DNA of 32,000 nucleotides from Idiomarina loihiensis L2TR. GTDB taxonomy: Bacteria; Pseudomonadota; Gammaproteobacteria; Enterobacterales; Alteromonadaceae. Under the pieces are notes generated by a model. The model searched no databases and was not told where the DNA came from. It worked only from the letters and a program-made list of their open reading frames with translations. Positions 1 through 10,797 of this stretch are shown piece after piece; positions within the stretch are counted from its first letter, which is position 1, and every line of letters begins with the position of its first letter. The position numbers and the translations under genes are program-made. Location of the stretch: the NCBI RefSeq assembly GCF_000008465.1, contig NC_006512.1, forward strand, positions 660,001-692,000. The letters are read 5' to 3'.

Positions 1-182
1 AGCTGCCATAGCTTATCGGCACCGTTGCGGGCGTAGGTGTATTCTGGCTGCACGCTACCACGCAGGCGCACAACGTCTTCGGCACTGTAGGGGCGCTCAA
101 CACCTTTCCAGCGTGGGTCGGTGTCCCATTGCTTTTGCAATTCTTTAACCTGTTGTGCGAATGAAAGATTCTGGGTTGTCAT
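1..182 (-). CDS. aceA: isocitrate lyase, N-terminal ~60 codons (gene continues left of the window)
   Basis: Reverse-strand ATG at 180-182, preceded by AAGGA. The translation [60 protein letters not shown] matches the conserved AceA N-terminus ([17 protein letters not shown]). It lies immediately downstream of aceB on the same strand. Confidence 0.85.
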   Translation of the reverse strand, partial: MTTQNLSFAQQVKELQKQWDTDPRWKGVERPYSAEDVVRLRGSVQPEYTYARNGADKLWQ

Positions 183-212
183 AAATAATTCCTTGTTGTT
201 CTTTAATTGTAA

Positions 213-1796
213 TTACTTGAGTTGTTGGTAGCCGGGCAGGGTCAGAAAGTCGACCAGCTCGTCGGCTGTGGTAATTTCTTCTAAAAGCTTTAATGCCTGT
301 TCAAAAGGTTCGTCGTTCCAGCGTTGTTTACCCACTTCGTTTTTCACTACCTCAGCTTCTTCCTGCAGATACTGCCGGAACAGCTCTTTGGTGACCGGGG
401 TGTTGTCGGACAGGGTTTTGCCGTGGCGGATCCACTGCCAGATTGAGGTACGTGAAATTTCAGCGGTGGCGGCGTCTTCCATCAAGCCGTAGATAGGCAC
501 GCAGCCTTTGCCGTTCAGCCAAGAGGAAATGTATTGCAGCGATACCCGAATGTTGGTGCGCATACCGGCTTCAGTACGCTCGCCCTCACAGGGTTGCAGC
601 AGTAAGGTCTGATCAATCGAGGTGTCGTTTTCACGCAGTACGTGAAGCTGGTTGTCGCCTTCAATACCGTCGACAAAAATTGCGCGTACGGTGTCAGCTA
701 AGCCCGGGTGGGCAATCCAGGTGCCGTCGTGGCCATTGTCGCGCTCCATGGTTTTGTCGGCGTGAACTTTAGCGAGGATCTTCTCATTCTTGGCTGGATC
801 TTTGCTGGGAATAAAGGCTGCCATGCCGCCCATAGCTAAAGCCCCGCGCTGGTGACAGGTTTTCACTAACAAGCGCGAATAGGCGTTAAGAAAGGGCTTG
901 TCCATACTAACCACCTGACGGTCGGGCAGAACCCGTTCAGGATGTTCTTTCAGGGTTTTTATGTAACTGAAAATGTAATCCCAGCGGCCGCAGTTAAGTG
1001 CAGCAATGTGGTCTTTCATGGCGTGTAGTATTTCATGCATCTGAAACACTGCCGGCAGGGTTTCTATGAGTATGGTGGCGCGAATGGTGCTGGTTTTTAA
1101 GCTGAATTTTTTCTCGGTAAAGTGAAAAACATCGGCCCACCATTTGGCTTCGTCGCTGTGCTCCAGCTTGGGCAGGTAGTAATACACACCTGAACCTTGT
1201 TGTAGTCGCTGCTGGTAATTCAGTAAAAAGTACAAAGCAAAGTCCATTAGCGCGCCGGGAATAGCTTGGCCATTACGCTGCACGTGCTTTTCCGGTAAGT
1301 GCAGGCCGCGAACTCGTGCAATTAGGAGTGCAGGATCAGGGCCAACTTCGTAGTGCTTGCCACTGTCTGGGTCGGTATAGGTCATGCCGCCAATGTTGGC
1401 GTCACGCAGGTTAATTTGACCGTTAACCATGCCCTCCCAGGTAGGAGATTGTGAATCCTCAAAGTCGGCCATGTAACAATCGACATTGGCATTCAGAGCG
1501 TTGATGACCATTTTGCGATCCACCGGTCCGGTAATTTCTAAGCGGCGTTTTTTCAAATCTGCTGGCAGTTCGGCAATGCGCCAGTTTCCTTCACGGATGT
1601 TTTGAGTTGCAGAGTCAAAATCAGGTAACTGACCCTGGTCAAATTGAGCCTGACGTTGCTGACGCTTCTTTAACAGCGACTCTAACCGTGGTTGAAAGGT
1701 ATCGACTAACTCAGCGAGAAAAGACTGATTCTCGTCGTTGAACAGCGCTTTTGCATCGTCATCAAGGGGTTGACTGAAGTTAAATAGATTGTTCAT
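213..1796 (-). CDS. aceB: malate synthase A
   Basis: 527-aa ORF whose length and sequence are typical of malate synthase A (..EITGPVDRKMVINALN.., ..ATILIETLPA.., ..LNCGRWDYIFS.., ..DGTWIAHPGL..). It forms an aceB-aceA operon arrangement. Confidence 0.95.
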   Translation of the reverse strand: MNNLFNFSQPLDDDAKALFNDENQSFLAELVDTFQPRLESLLKKRQQRQAQFDQGQLPDFDSATQNIREGNWRIAELPADLKKRRLEITGPVDRKMVINALNANVDCYMADFEDSQSPTWEGMVNGQINLRDANIGGMTYTDPDSGKHYEVGPDPALLIARVRGLHLPEKHVQRNGQAIPGALMDFALYFLLNYQQRLQQGSGVYYYLPKLEHSDEAKWWADVFHFTEKKFSLKTSTIRATILIETLPAVFQMHEILHAMKDHIAALNCGRWDYIFSYIKTLKEHPERVLPDRQVVSMDKPFLNAYSRLLVKTCHQRGALAMGGMAAFIPSKDPAKNEKILAKVHADKTMERDNGHDGTWIAHPGLADTVRAIFVDGIEGDNQLHVLRENDTSIDQTLLLQPCEGERTEAGMRTNIRVSLQYISSWLNGKGCVPIYGLMEDAATAEISRTSIWQWIRHGKTLSDNTPVTKELFRQYLQEEAEVVKNEVGKQRWNDEPFEQALKLLEEITTADELVDFLTLPGYQQLK

Positions 1797-1907
1797 TTTT
1801 GAATCCGTTGTTACTAGTTTGTTAACACGGATTAAGAGTAGATGCTGGTCGCACCATTAGTCTAATTTATGCTGTTAATTAGCAGTATTCAGGAGGGTTA
1901 TTATGAT

Positions 1908-2040
1908 GGCCTGACGTTTACGTCAGAAACGGCATTAGACCTGACATAAATGTCAGGCTATGTGCACCCTGTAGCCTGATGTTCACATCAGGTGAGATGC
2001 CCCACCTGGCATAAATATCAGGCTACATAAGTGTCAGGCA
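1908..2040. repeat. cluster of about 5 REP/BIME-like palindromic units in alternating orientation
   Basis: Units: CTGACGTTTACGTCAG (1911-1926), GACCTGACATAAATGTCAGGCTA (1938-1960), TAGCCTGATGTTCACATCAGGTGAGATG (1972-1999), CACCTGGCATAAATATCAGGCTA (2003-2025), and a partial unit at 2026-2040. The same unit recurs at 17413, 17634, 23466 and 28057. Confidence 0.8.
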
Positions 2041-2041
2041 T

Positions 2042-3667
2042 TTAAATTCTAAAACGCTTAACCAATTCATTAAGGTCAACGGCCAGGCGCGAGAGTTCGC
2101 GGCTCGAGGCATTGGTTTGCTCTGCACCGGAGGCTGTTGAATTAGACAGGTCACGAATGCTGACCAGGTTTTTGTCCACATCGCGCGACACGTTTGCCTG
2201 TTCTTCTGCGGCACTGGCTATGGATGTGTTGTGATTGTTTATTTCACTGACAGCAGCAGTAATCAGCTGCAATGCTTCACCGGCTTCACGTGCCACGTCC
2301 AGAGTCTTAGTGGCGCGCTCTAAGCTTTTATCCATGGTGGCGACAGAGCGGTCGCTGGACTCATTGATAGCTTTAACCATGTCTTCAATTTCAACGGTGG
2401 ACTGCTGTGTCTTGTGAGCTAACGAGCGAACTTCATCCGCAACAACGGCAAACCCGCGACCTGATTCACCAGCACGAGCCGCTTCTATTGCTGCGTTTAG
2501 TGCCAGCAGGTTCGTTTGTTCGGCAATACCGCTAATAACTTCAAGCACTTTAGTAATGCTCTTAACTTTTTCCGCAAGCTCGGTCACGTTACCTGAAGAA
2601 TCTCCAATTTCCTGAGACAACTCTTCAATAGCACGGACCGTTTTACGTACGCGGTCATTACCTTGTTGCGCTTGTTGATTTGCTTCGTCGGAAGCTTCAG
2701 AAGCGTTTTGAGCATCCTGAGCAACGGTTTCAACGGCGGTGGTCAGCTCGTTTACGGCCGTTGCTGCCTGTTCTAATTCTTCCGACTGCTGCTGAATAGT
2801 CCGGGTAGACTCTTCAGTCACTGAGCTTAGTTCTTCAGAGGTTGACGCTAATTGCTCCGACGATTCCGATATGGTGGTAATAGAATTGCGCAGTTCTGTT
2901 TGCGTTCGTTCTAATTGACGAAGTAGCTGTGCAGGCTCATCCTTGCCGACAATTTCAATACGTTGCGTTAAGTCGCGCTTAGCAATGCTTTCGGCAAAAT
3001 CAACGGCTGCTCCGATAGGTTTGACAATGCTGCGGGTCAGTACAACGGCGAACAGAACTAATAACGCAATGACAACGACTAGTACTACTATAACGGCAAG
3101 AATCGAGTTTTCGGCGACATTGTGAGCGTTGTCCGCTGCCTGATTAATTAGAGATCTTTCAGCGCCATACATTTTATCCAGTTGCTGTGTGATTTTATCC
3201 GTTAACGGAAGTATGCTGTTTTCACGAATAGATGCGATAGCGTCTACCAGACCTGCGTCGACAAGCTTGTTAAACTGTTCATTGAGCTTCCAGTATTCTT
3301 TGTCAAGTTCTTCATATTCGCTTAAGAGCTTTTGAGCCTGAGGGTCTTGAACCATGCTCTTGTATTGGCGCTGACTTTCCTTCAATTGAGTTATTGCGTC
3401 TGATAACTTCTGTTTGTATGTAGCAAGACGCTGTGGATCGTTTACGTAACTTGATACATTGGCAGAATGAATTCGCACCAGAAGAAACTCTTGGTTCAGC
3501 TCGCTCATTTCTTCAAGCACAGGTAACTGCTTTTCGCTAACGGTGGTTATTCCGTTATCAATAATTTCAATACGGTTTAACGCGAAAATACCCAAAATGA
3601 GAGTGAGTAACCCTATCAGTCCAAACGCGATACTGGCGCGAATACCTATGGAAATTTGACGTAGCAT
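2042..3667 (-). CDS. methyl-accepting chemotaxis protein
   Basis: 541 aa with an N-terminal TM segment, a helical ligand-binding region, a second TM segment and a HAMP domain. It carries the highly conserved signalling hairpin (..[33 protein letters not shown]..). Confidence 0.95.
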   Translation of the reverse strand: MLRQISIGIRASIAFGLIGLLTLILGIFALNRIEIIDNGITTVSEKQLPVLEEMSELNQEFLLVRIHSANVSSYVNDPQRLATYKQKLSDAITQLKESQRQYKSMVQDPQAQKLLSEYEELDKEYWKLNEQFNKLVDAGLVDAIASIRENSILPLTDKITQQLDKMYGAERSLINQAADNAHNVAENSILAVIVVLVVVIALLVLFAVVLTRSIVKPIGAAVDFAESIAKRDLTQRIEIVGKDEPAQLLRQLERTQTELRNSITTISESSEQLASTSEELSSVTEESTRTIQQQSEELEQAATAVNELTTAVETVAQDAQNASEASDEANQQAQQGNDRVRKTVRAIEELSQEIGDSSGNVTELAEKVKSITKVLEVISGIAEQTNLLALNAAIEAARAGESGRGFAVVADEVRSLAHKTQQSTVEIEDMVKAINESSDRSVATMDKSLERATKTLDVAREAGEALQLITAAVSEINNHNTSIASAAEEQANVSRDVDKNLVSIRDLSNSTASGAEQTNASSRELSRLAVDLNELVKRFRI

Positions 3668-3756
3668 GATTTATTTCCTCGTTATGCAGTTGCTGATAAC
3701 TAAGTGTAGCAAATTTGTATACATTTAAAATTTGAACGCTCATTTGCTATCGGCAG

Positions 3757-4917
3757 CTAACCCGAGAAACAATAACTTTTTAGTAAACTTTTTAGTTTTT
3801 CCTGAGTTGGTTTTATGCTTTCAGTTAACAGATATTCGTCGGGCTGATGTGCCTGGCGTATCGATCCAGGCCCCATAACCAGTGTTTCACAGCCGAGTTC
3901 CTGAAGAAAGGGCGCTTCAGTGCAGTAGTTAACCGCATGCGCCTGAGTTTTCGAAATTTTCTCGGCTAATTGTACCAATGCGGAGTCGGTACTTTGCTGA
4001 AAAGCCGGTATGGGGTGGTGCAGTGAAATGAGCTCAATTGACCCCGGATAGCGAGCCTGAATATTTTCCGTTGCCTGGTGCAGGTGAACGTAAAGCTCAT
4101 CGACAGACAAGCCCGGCAGCGGCCGAATGTCCAGATGCAGCTCGCAACAACCACAAATACGGTTGGCGTTGTCGCCGCCATGAATGTGACCAAAGTTCAT
4201 GGTGGGGTGTGGCACAGAAAAGCTTGAATCTGAATATTTATGCTTGAACTCTTCTTTTAATTTCATAAGTGCTGAAATGACTTCGTGCATCAGTTCTATG
4301 GCGTTAATACCCAATGCCGGATCTGAGCTGTGGCCGGAGCGTCCAGTAATGCGAATAACTTCGCTCATGTGGCCTTTGTGCGCGTATACCGGGCGCATAT
4401 CTGTGGGTTCGCCTATTACGCAGTAGTCGGGTTTGAGGTTAACAAAACGACTAACCTCACGGGCACCGTCCATAGTGGTTTCTTCGTCAGCGGTGGCCAG
4501 TATCATCACGGGCTTGGTTTGCTGAGCCGCGTCCAGCTCGCTCAGAGCCTGAATAACAAAAGCAAAAAAACCTTTCATATCAATGCTGCCAAGGCCGTAC
4601 CAGCGGTTGTCCTGTTCAGTGAGTTTAAAAGGGTCGAAGTTCCAGCGGCTGGCGTCGTAAGGCACTGTGTCAGTATGTCCTGACAGCAGTAAACCGCCAC
4701 TTCCTCCTCCCCGGCGAGCCAGTAAATTGAACTTTCCCGGCTGACTTTGCAGTTCATTGATTTCGCACTCAAACCCTAATATCTCCAGCCATTCAGCCAG
4801 TAAATTCACAACTTTCTGATTGCTGTGATCCCACTTCGAGTCGATAGAGCTGATGGAAGGCTGTGCAATGAGTTGCTGATACATTGAGAAGAATGATGGT
4901 AAGGCTGGGGTGCTCAT
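3757..4917 (-). CDS. argE: acetylornithine deacetylase
   Basis: 386 aa, collinear with E. coli ArgE as I recall it (LL.GHTDTVP.., ..YGLG..DMKGFFAF.., ..ATADEET.M.GA.., ..HKGH......G.SGHSSDP..G.NAIELMH.., ..NLGHIHGGD..NRIC..CELH.DIRPLPG.., ..QAHQPDEYL..). It is divergent from argC. Confidence 0.95.
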   Translation of the reverse strand: MSTPALPSFFSMYQQLIAQPSISSIDSKWDHSNQKVVNLLAEWLEILGFECEINELQSQPGKFNLLARRGGGSGGLLLSGHTDTVPYDASRWNFDPFKLTEQDNRWYGLGSIDMKGFFAFVIQALSELDAAQQTKPVMILATADEETTMDGAREVSRFVNLKPDYCVIGEPTDMRPVYAHKGHMSEVIRITGRSGHSSDPALGINAIELMHEVISALMKLKEEFKHKYSDSSFSVPHPTMNFGHIHGGDNANRICGCCELHLDIRPLPGLSVDELYVHLHQATENIQARYPGSIELISLHHPIPAFQQSTDSALVQLAEKISKTQAHAVNYCTEAPFLQELGCETLVMGPGSIRQAHQPDEYLLTESIKPTQEKLKSLLKSYCFSG

Positions 4918-4955
4918 GATAGTAATCCTTAATATAATTATTCACTATTATTGCA

Positions 4956-4994
4956 TAAGTATATTTATTCGGTTATTCTGCATTTTTACTCAGA
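4956..4994. promoter_or_regulatory. two tandem ARG boxes (putative ArgR operator) in the argE/argC divergent control region
   Basis: Box 1 TAAGTATATTTATTCGGT (4956-4973) and box 2 TCTGCATTTTTACTCAGA (4977-4994) are separated by 3 bp. They match the 18-bp ARG-box consensus TNTGAATWWWWATTCANW at 13/16 and 14/16 specified positions. They sit 23 bp upstream of the argC ATG. A weaker third box lies at 4929-4946. Confidence 0.6.
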
Positions 4995-5016
4995 AACAGC
5001 AACAGGTTTTTGTCGC

Positions 5017-6042
5017 ATGCAGTATACAGCAGCGCAGTCTCAGTCAGTCGCAATAATCGGAGCCAGCGGTTACGTCGGCGTCGAACTAACCCGCTTGGTG
5101 CAACAACATCCGGCGCTTAGTCTTTTGGGTTGTTATGTTTCTGAGCATAGCAGTGATGCAGGCTCGTTGTTGAGTGATTTACACCCACAATATGCACATT
5201 TAGTGAAACTCTCGTTGCAGGGCTTATCCAGCCAAAAAAAAGAGCTCATTAAAAGCTCGGCTGACACAGTGTTCCTCTGCACGGATCATGGCGTGAGTGT
5301 GGAGCTTGCGCCCGAGTTTCTGGCTGCTGGCTTGAAAGTCATAGACCTGTCCGGTGGCTTTCGGTTAAACGCAACTGAAGATTATCCCTCATTTTACGGC
5401 TTTGAGCATCAGCAGGACTCGTGGCTACAACAAGCGGTTTATGGGTTGGCGGAATGGTACCCGCAAGAAATAGCTGCCGCACAGTTAGTTGCTGTGCCCG
5501 GTTGTTACCCTACAGCGGCGTTAATGGCATTGCTTCCGGTAAAACAGGCAGGCTTACTCAGCTGCAACAAAATTATTATTAATGCGGTATCCGGTGTGAC
5601 CGGTGCCGGGCGGAAGGCCGCGCTGACGAGTCATGGTGCGGAACTTTCTTTGCAAGCGTATGGGCTGTTTGAGCATCGGCATACTCCGGAAATTGCTCAA
5701 CAGTTACAGCATGAGGTGTTGTTCACTCCGCATTTAGCGCAGTTTCCGCGCGGCATTCTGGCGACTGTATATGCCGAGCTTAACGATGATGTTAGCGACG
5801 CCGATTTAGATAAAGCCTATCAATGTTATGCAGATCAGCCTTTGGTTCGTTTTGAAAAACAAGCACGACCAGCCATTAAGAATGTGGTGCAGCAACCCTT
5901 TGTGGATATTGGCTGGCACCGGCAGGGCAACCAGCTTATTGCTTTTTCGGCCATTGATAACTTGCTAAAAGGTGCTGCCAGCCAGGCCATTCAGTGTGTG
6001 AACCTGCAGCTTGGCTTAGCACTTGAAGAGGGGCTGTTATGA
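5017..6042 (+). CDS. argC: N-acetyl-gamma-glutamyl-phosphate reductase
   Basis: The ORF-track frame opens at a TTG (4951). The ATG at 5017 gives MQYTAAQSQSVAIIGASGYVG.. (NAD-binding GxSGYxG). An active-site GCYPT motif is present. The stop overlaps the argB start (ATGA at 6039-6042). Confidence 0.93.
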   Translation: MQYTAAQSQSVAIIGASGYVGVELTRLVQQHPALSLLGCYVSEHSSDAGSLLSDLHPQYAHLVKLSLQGLSSQKKELIKSSADTVFLCTDHGVSVELAPEFLAAGLKVIDLSGGFRLNATEDYPSFYGFEHQQDSWLQQAVYGLAEWYPQEIAAAQLVAVPGCYPTAALMALLPVKQAGLLSCNKIIINAVSGVTGAGRKAALTSHGAELSLQAYGLFEHRHTPEIAQQLQHEVLFTPHLAQFPRGILATVYAELNDDVSDADLDKAYQCYADQPLVRFEKQARPAIKNVVQQPFVDIGWHRQGNQLIAFSAIDNLLKGAASQAIQCVNLQLGLALEEGLL

Positions 6043-6770
6043 GAGTGATAAAGCTGGGCGGCAGCCTGCTTGAACAGCCCGATGAGATGAGAGCTCTGTT
6101 CGCGTCCCTGTCAGACACTGAAAACAATACCGTTATTGTGCACGGCGGCGGCGCTCTGGCTCAGCAATGGCTGTCCACCGCTGGCCTAAAGAGTGAAAAG
6201 CATGAAGGGCTGCGTGTCAGCCCTGAGCAACATATGCCTTACATAGTGGGTGCTTTGGCGGGGTGTGCGAATAAACAGCTGATGTCCTGGGCGATTGCTG
6301 CAGGAGCATGGCCTATTGGTTTAACGCTGCATGAGGCGGGTATTTCTTGTCGGCGGCAATCTGCCGAGCTTGGGCAGGTAGGTACTTGCGAGCTGTTTGA
6401 GTCCGGGTTAATTACTAATTTGCTCAAATGCGGTTACCTGCCATTAATAAGCTCTATTGGCTTCGGTAAACAGGGCGAATGGTTCAATGTTAACGCCGAT
6501 GACGCCGCGGTTGCGGTTGCCGCAAACTTAGACGCCGATTTACTGTTTCTAACCGATGTCGATGGCGTGCTCGACAGCGAAGGCCGCTTGATAGAGCAGC
6601 TGGACAGCAGGAGTATTGACGAACTGACAAAAAGCGGTGTGATTAGATATGGCATGCTGGTTAAAGTTCGCAGCGCACTTAACGCAGCAAAACGCTTACG
6701 ACGATGTGTGCGAATAGGCAGTTGGAATTTGATAAGTAAAACCCATTCAGGCACACAGATTAGTGAGTAA
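6039..6770 (+). CDS. argB: acetylglutamate kinase
   Basis: 243 aa of the amino-acid kinase fold (VIKLGGS.., VHGGG.., ..NVNADDAA.., ..LTDV.GVLD..). It is translationally coupled within the arg operon. Confidence 0.9.
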   Translation: MRVIKLGGSLLEQPDEMRALFASLSDTENNTVIVHGGGALAQQWLSTAGLKSEKHEGLRVSPEQHMPYIVGALAGCANKQLMSWAIAAGAWPIGLTLHEAGISCRRQSAELGQVGTCELFESGLITNLLKCGYLPLISSIGFGKQGEWFNVNADDAAVAVAANLDADLLFLTDVDGVLDSEGRLIEQLDSRSIDELTKSGVIRYGMLVKVRSALNAAKRLRRCVRIGSWNLISKTHSGTQISE

Positions 6771-6772
6771 GT

Positions 6773-7723
6773 ATGATGAAACATTGTCTATCCGGGCTGG
6801 AGTTAACTCCGGCTAACACATTGCAATTATTGGCGTTAGCGCAAGAGCAAAAAGCACACCCCGAAAAATACCGCCAGACTCTGGCAGGCCGTAGCGTTGT
6901 GACTCTGTTTGAAAAGCCGAGTCTGCGTACGCGTTTGTCTTTTGATATTGGCCTGCAAAAACTGGGCGGTCATGCAGTTTATTTGAATGAGCAAGGAAAG
7001 GGCATGGGCGTGCGCGAAAGTGTTGCTGATTATGCCCGCAATTTATCGTGCTGGGCCGATGCCATTGTTGCACGGGTTATGTCGCACCATACATTACAAG
7101 AACTGGCTCAGCACGCCTCAGTGCCGGTAGTGAACAGCTTGTGTGACCGGTTTCACCCCTGTCAGGCGTTGGCCGATTTTTTAACCCTGCAGGAGCACTA
7201 CGGCAAGGTGAAAGGTCTGAAGCTGGTGTATCTGGGCGACGGTAATAATGTTTCGCATTCTTTGATGTTGACTGCGGCCGCACTGGGCACAGATTGCACC
7301 ATTATTTGCCCCCGGGGATATGAACCTGATGCAGAACTTGTCAAAAAGGCGAAAAAACAAGCTGAAGAAAGTGGTGCTGACATTGTGGTTACCCACGATA
7401 TTGCCGCTGTGGCAGGTGCTGATGCGCTCTATACCGACACTTGGGTGTCGATGGGCGATGATAAACCGCTGAGTGAAGTGCGCGACACCTTCCAGCCCTA
7501 CCAAATCAATTCGCAGCTGGTCGAGCACAGCGGCGCCACTTCGGTGTTGCACTGTCAGCCAGCGCATCGGGGCTACGAAATTACCTCCGATGTAATGGAC
7601 GGCCCGCTGTCGCGCTGTTTTCAGCAGGCTGAGAACCGCCTGTATGCGCAAAATGCCTTATTAACTTTATTATTAAACCCCACGGCAGCCGCACTGCCAG
7701 AATTTATGGAGAAAGCCTCATGA
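6773..7723 (+). CDS. argF: ornithine carbamoyltransferase
   Basis: 316 aa with the carbamoyl-phosphate motif S.RTR.SF, plus [15 protein letters not shown] and HCQPAHRG (a variant of HCLP). It sits in the arg operon and its stop overlaps the argG start. Confidence 0.9.
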   Translation: MMKHCLSGLELTPANTLQLLALAQEQKAHPEKYRQTLAGRSVVTLFEKPSLRTRLSFDIGLQKLGGHAVYLNEQGKGMGVRESVADYARNLSCWADAIVARVMSHHTLQELAQHASVPVVNSLCDRFHPCQALADFLTLQEHYGKVKGLKLVYLGDGNNVSHSLMLTAAALGTDCTIICPRGYEPDAELVKKAKKQAEESGADIVVTHDIAAVAGADALYTDTWVSMGDDKPLSEVRDTFQPYQINSQLVEHSGATSVLHCQPAHRGYEITSDVMDGPLSRCFQQAENRLYAQNALLTLLLNPTAAALPEFMEKAS

Positions 7724-8931
7724 GCAATGTAAAAAAAGTGGTACTGGCCTATTCTGGTGGCCTGGATACCTCGGCGATTGTGCCCTGGTTAAAAGAAAAC
7801 TATGGCTGTGAAGTGGTGGCCTTTGTGGCCGACGTTGGGCAGGGAGCAGAAGAGCTGGAAGGCGTTGAGGAAAAGGCCAAAGCTTCAGGTGCTTCTGAAT
7901 GCCATGTGGTGGACTTAAAGGACGAATTCGTTAAAAACTATGTGTACCCGACCCTGAAAACCGGCGCAATTTATGAAGGCACTTACTTATTGGGCACCGC
8001 TATGGCGCGGCCGATAATTGCCAAAGCTCAGGTTGAAGTGGCGCGTAAAGTCGGTGCTGACGCACTGTCTCACGGTTGTACTGGTAAAGGTAACGATCAG
8101 GTGCGGTTTGAGTCTTGTTATGCGGCCTTAGCACCAGACTTACAAGTGATTGCGCCCTGGCGGGAATGGGAGTTAAGCAGCCGGGAGTCTTTGCTAGGTT
8201 ATCTGGCGGAACGTAATATTCCCTGTTCAGCTTCAGCGACCAAAATCTACAGCCGCGACGCTAACGCCTGGCATATTTCGCACGAAGGTGGCGAACTTGA
8301 AGACCCCTGGTGCGAGCCTACCGAGAAGGTCTGGACTATGACGGCATCGCCGGAGCAGGCACCGGACAAACCCGAATACCTTTGTGTTACGGTGGAAAAC
8401 GGTGAAATTGTGGCGGTGAATAACCAGGCGCTGTCGCCTTTTGAATGCTTGAGTGTTTTAAATGACGTTGCTGCTAAGCACGGTGTTGGCCGCGTGGATA
8501 TTGTGGAGAACCGTCTGGTGGGAATGAAAAGCCGCGGTTGTTATGAAACCCCGGGCGGTACCGTGATGATGGCAGCGTTGCAGGCTATTGATGAACTGGT
8601 GCTGGACAAAGTCAGTCGTAGCTGGAAAACTCAGTTGAGCGAGCAGTTTGCGCAATTATTGTACGATGGTCGCTGGTTTACCCCTTTGCAGCAATCGGTT
8701 ATGGCTGCGGCACAGTCGTTATGCGCAACAGCCAGTGGAGAGGTGGTTCTGAAGCTTTATAAAGGCTCGGTAACCGCGGTACAGAAACGTTCGCCGCACA
8801 GCTTGTACAGCGAGGATTTTGCTACCTTTGGTGCCGATGAGGTTTACAACCAGGCACATGCCGAAGGCTTTATCCGGTTGTTCTCTCTTCCGAGCCGGAT
8901 TGCGGCGCTGCAAAAACAACAAAAGGGATAG
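7720..8931 (+). CDS. argG: argininosuccinate synthase
   Basis: 403 aa with the [12 protein letters not shown]-pyrophosphatase motif and ..[14 protein letters not shown].., ..SRD.N.WH.SHEGG.LEDP.., ..VENR.VGMKSRG.YETPGG.. Confidence 0.97.
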   Translation: MSNVKKVVLAYSGGLDTSAIVPWLKENYGCEVVAFVADVGQGAEELEGVEEKAKASGASECHVVDLKDEFVKNYVYPTLKTGAIYEGTYLLGTAMARPIIAKAQVEVARKVGADALSHGCTGKGNDQVRFESCYAALAPDLQVIAPWREWELSSRESLLGYLAERNIPCSASATKIYSRDANAWHISHEGGELEDPWCEPTEKVWTMTASPEQAPDKPEYLCVTVENGEIVAVNNQALSPFECLSVLNDVAAKHGVGRVDIVENRLVGMKSRGCYETPGGTVMMAALQAIDELVLDKVSRSWKTQLSEQFAQLLYDGRWFTPLQQSVMAAAQSLCATASGEVVLKLYKGSVTAVQKRSPHSLYSEDFATFGADEVYNQAHAEGFIRLFSLPSRIAALQKQQKG

Positions 8932-8934
8932 GTT

Positions 8935-10797
8935 ATGGCGTTATGGGGCGGACGTTTTGCGGCAGGACCCGATGCCGCGTTTCAGCAGTTTAATGACTCG
9001 TTACCCTTTGACTATGTGCTGGCGGAGCAGGATATTACCGGGTCTAAAGCCTGGGCCAACGCGCTGCAAAAGGTTGGAGTACTCAGTGCTGAAGAGTGCG
9101 AACAGTTACAACAGGCACTGGAGGAACTATTAGGTGAAGTGCGTTCTGATCCTGCGGCTGTTGCTGTCGGCGGTGATGAAGACATTCACTCGTTTGTTGA
9201 GGCGGCACTGATAGCCAAGGTCGGTGACTTAGCCAAAAAACTGCATACCGGGCGTAGCCGTAACGATCAGGTCGCGACCGACTTGCGGTTATGGTGTCGT
9301 CAGCAGTCAGAAGTTTTGCAACAGGCGTTGCAGCAAACCCAGCAGGCATTGCTGGGTTTAGCTGAGCGCGAACAGGGCACGGTTATACCCGGCTATACCC
9401 ACTTGCAACGAGCCCAGCCGGTATTGCTGGCGCATTGGTGTTTAGCTTATGTAGAAATGCTGCAGCGCGACAGCGAACGTTTAGAGGATGCCGTAACGCG
9501 CCTAAATAAAAGTCCGCTGGGTTGCGGGGCTTTGGCGGGAACGGCGTATCCGGTGGACCGTGAAGCCATTGCCAGTGAGCTGGGCTTTAGCCAGGCGACG
9601 CGCAACAGTTTAGATTCCGTTTCCGACCGTGACTTTGTGGTGGAACTTTTGAGCACGGCATCGTTATCTATGCTGCATTTGTCGCGTCTGGCGGAAGATC
9701 TCATCTTCTATAATTCCGGCGAGGCTGGCTTTATTGAGCTGGCAGACAACGTGACCTCGGGTTCTTCGTTAATGCCGCAAAAGAAAAACCCCGATGCGCT
9801 GGAACTGGTACGTGGCAAAAGCGGCCGCGTGGTGGGCTCGCTAACTGGGTTGATGATGACCTTAAAGTCTCTGCCGCTGGCTTACAACAAAGACATGCAG
9901 GAAGACAAAGAAGGTTTATTTGACGCCTTTACCACCTGGCAGGCCTCGCTGGCTATGGTGACTTCCAGTCTGCATGGGTTAACCGTGAACCATGATGTTT
10001 GCCGTAAAGCAGCGCAGGGCGGTTATGCGAATGCTACCGAGCTTGCGGACTATCTGGTGTCCAAAGGCGTTCCTTTCCGTCAGGCACACCATAATGTGGG
10101 CGAGTTAGTGCAGCAGGCTATTCAGGCTCAAAAACCGCTGGAAGATATGCCGCTGGAGGCGTTTCAGGCGGTTGTTCCGGTAATTGAGCCGGATGTTTAT
10201 GAATGGCTGACGCTGGATGCCTTACTGGAAAAGCGCTGTGCACTGGGCGGTACCTCACCGCAGCGCGTAAACGAAGCATTAAAGAGCGCTCAACAGCAGC
10301 AGAAAATTCGCATTAGGGATGCTAACCTCGGTGACATTGGAGCAATTCTGGATTTAGTTCAGCACTGGGCCGGAGCAGGGGAAAATTTACCGCGGGCCAA
10401 GGACGACATCGTACATTCAATTAATGAGTTTGCGGTGACCGAAGTGGACGGCAAAGTGATGGGTTGTGCGTCGCTTTACATCTATACCACTGGCCTTGCC
10501 GAAATCCGCTCGCTGGGTGTCCATCCGCATACGGAAGTTCGCGGGCAGGGTCGCATGCTGGTGTCTTATTTATTGAAAAAGGCGCGGTTACTGCAATTGA
10601 ACCGGGTCATTGTGCTGACCCGGGTACCGGACTTTTTTGAGCAGCAAGGTTTTAGTCATTGTTCTAAAGACAGCTTGCCGGAAAAAGTCATGAAGGACTG
10701 CGAATTATGCCCAAGGCTGGCCAACTGCGATGAGCTGGCCATGGACTTTCACCTTCAACCACCGGACGAACGGCTAATCTTTAGTACAGCGTTGTGA
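8935..10797 (+). CDS. argH: bifunctional argininosuccinate lyase fused to a C-terminal GNAT (short ArgA-like N-acetylglutamate synthase) domain
   Basis: 620 aa. Residues 1 to ~460 are ArgH (..[11 protein letters not shown].., ..[10 protein letters not shown].., ..[12 protein letters not shown]..). From about nt 10303 a ~160-aa acetyltransferase domain follows (..[17 protein letters not shown]..). No separate argA or argJ is present in the cluster. Confidence 0.93.
   Translation: MALWGGRFAAGPDAAFQQFNDSLPFDYVLAEQDITGSKAWANALQKVGVLSAEECEQLQQALEELLGEVRSDPAAVAVGGDEDIHSFVEAALIAKVGDLAKKLHTGRSRNDQVATDLRLWCRQQSEVLQQALQQTQQALLGLAEREQGTVIPGYTHLQRAQPVLLAHWCLAYVEMLQRDSERLEDAVTRLNKSPLGCGALAGTAYPVDREAIASELGFSQATRNSLDSVSDRDFVVELLSTASLSMLHLSRLAEDLIFYNSGEAGFIELADNVTSGSSLMPQKKNPDALELVRGKSGRVVGSLTGLMMTLKSLPLAYNKDMQEDKEGLFDAFTTWQASLAMVTSSLHGLTVNHDVCRKAAQGGYANATELADYLVSKGVPFRQAHHNVGELVQQAIQAQKPLEDMPLEAFQAVVPVIEPDVYEWLTLDALLEKRCALGGTSPQRVNEALKSAQQQQKIRIRDANLGDIGAILDLVQHWAGAGENLPRAKDDIVHSINEFAVTEVDGKVMGCASLYIYTTGLAEIRSLGVHPHTEVRGQGRMLVSYLLKKARLLQLNRVIVLTRVPDFFEQQGFSHCSKDSLPEKVMKDCELCPRLANCDELAMDFHLQPPDERLIFSTAL

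Noticed and set aside
1908-2040. Possibility that the clustered short repeats are a CRISPR array
   Set aside because: The units are internally palindromic and alternate in orientation. Spacing is irregular and very short, and the same unit is scattered singly at gene ends. No cas genes are present. This is REP/BIME behaviour.
7181-7651. 156-aa antisense ORF inside argF (similar cases: 16505-16996 in the IS110 transposase, 19759-20121 in ybiT, 29279-29731 in the CDF gene, 31259-31618 in the ISL3 tnpA)
   Set aside because: All are shadow ORFs opposite strongly recognisable genes. None has family resemblance or translation signals.
6773-7723. argF being an N-acetyl- or N-succinyl-ornithine carbamoyltransferase rather than OTC
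   Set aside because: The ornithine-binding DxxxSMG motif and an HC(Q/L)P motif are present. In addition, argE (acetylornithine deacetylase) is encoded in the same cluster, which fits the linear pathway with a normal OTC.
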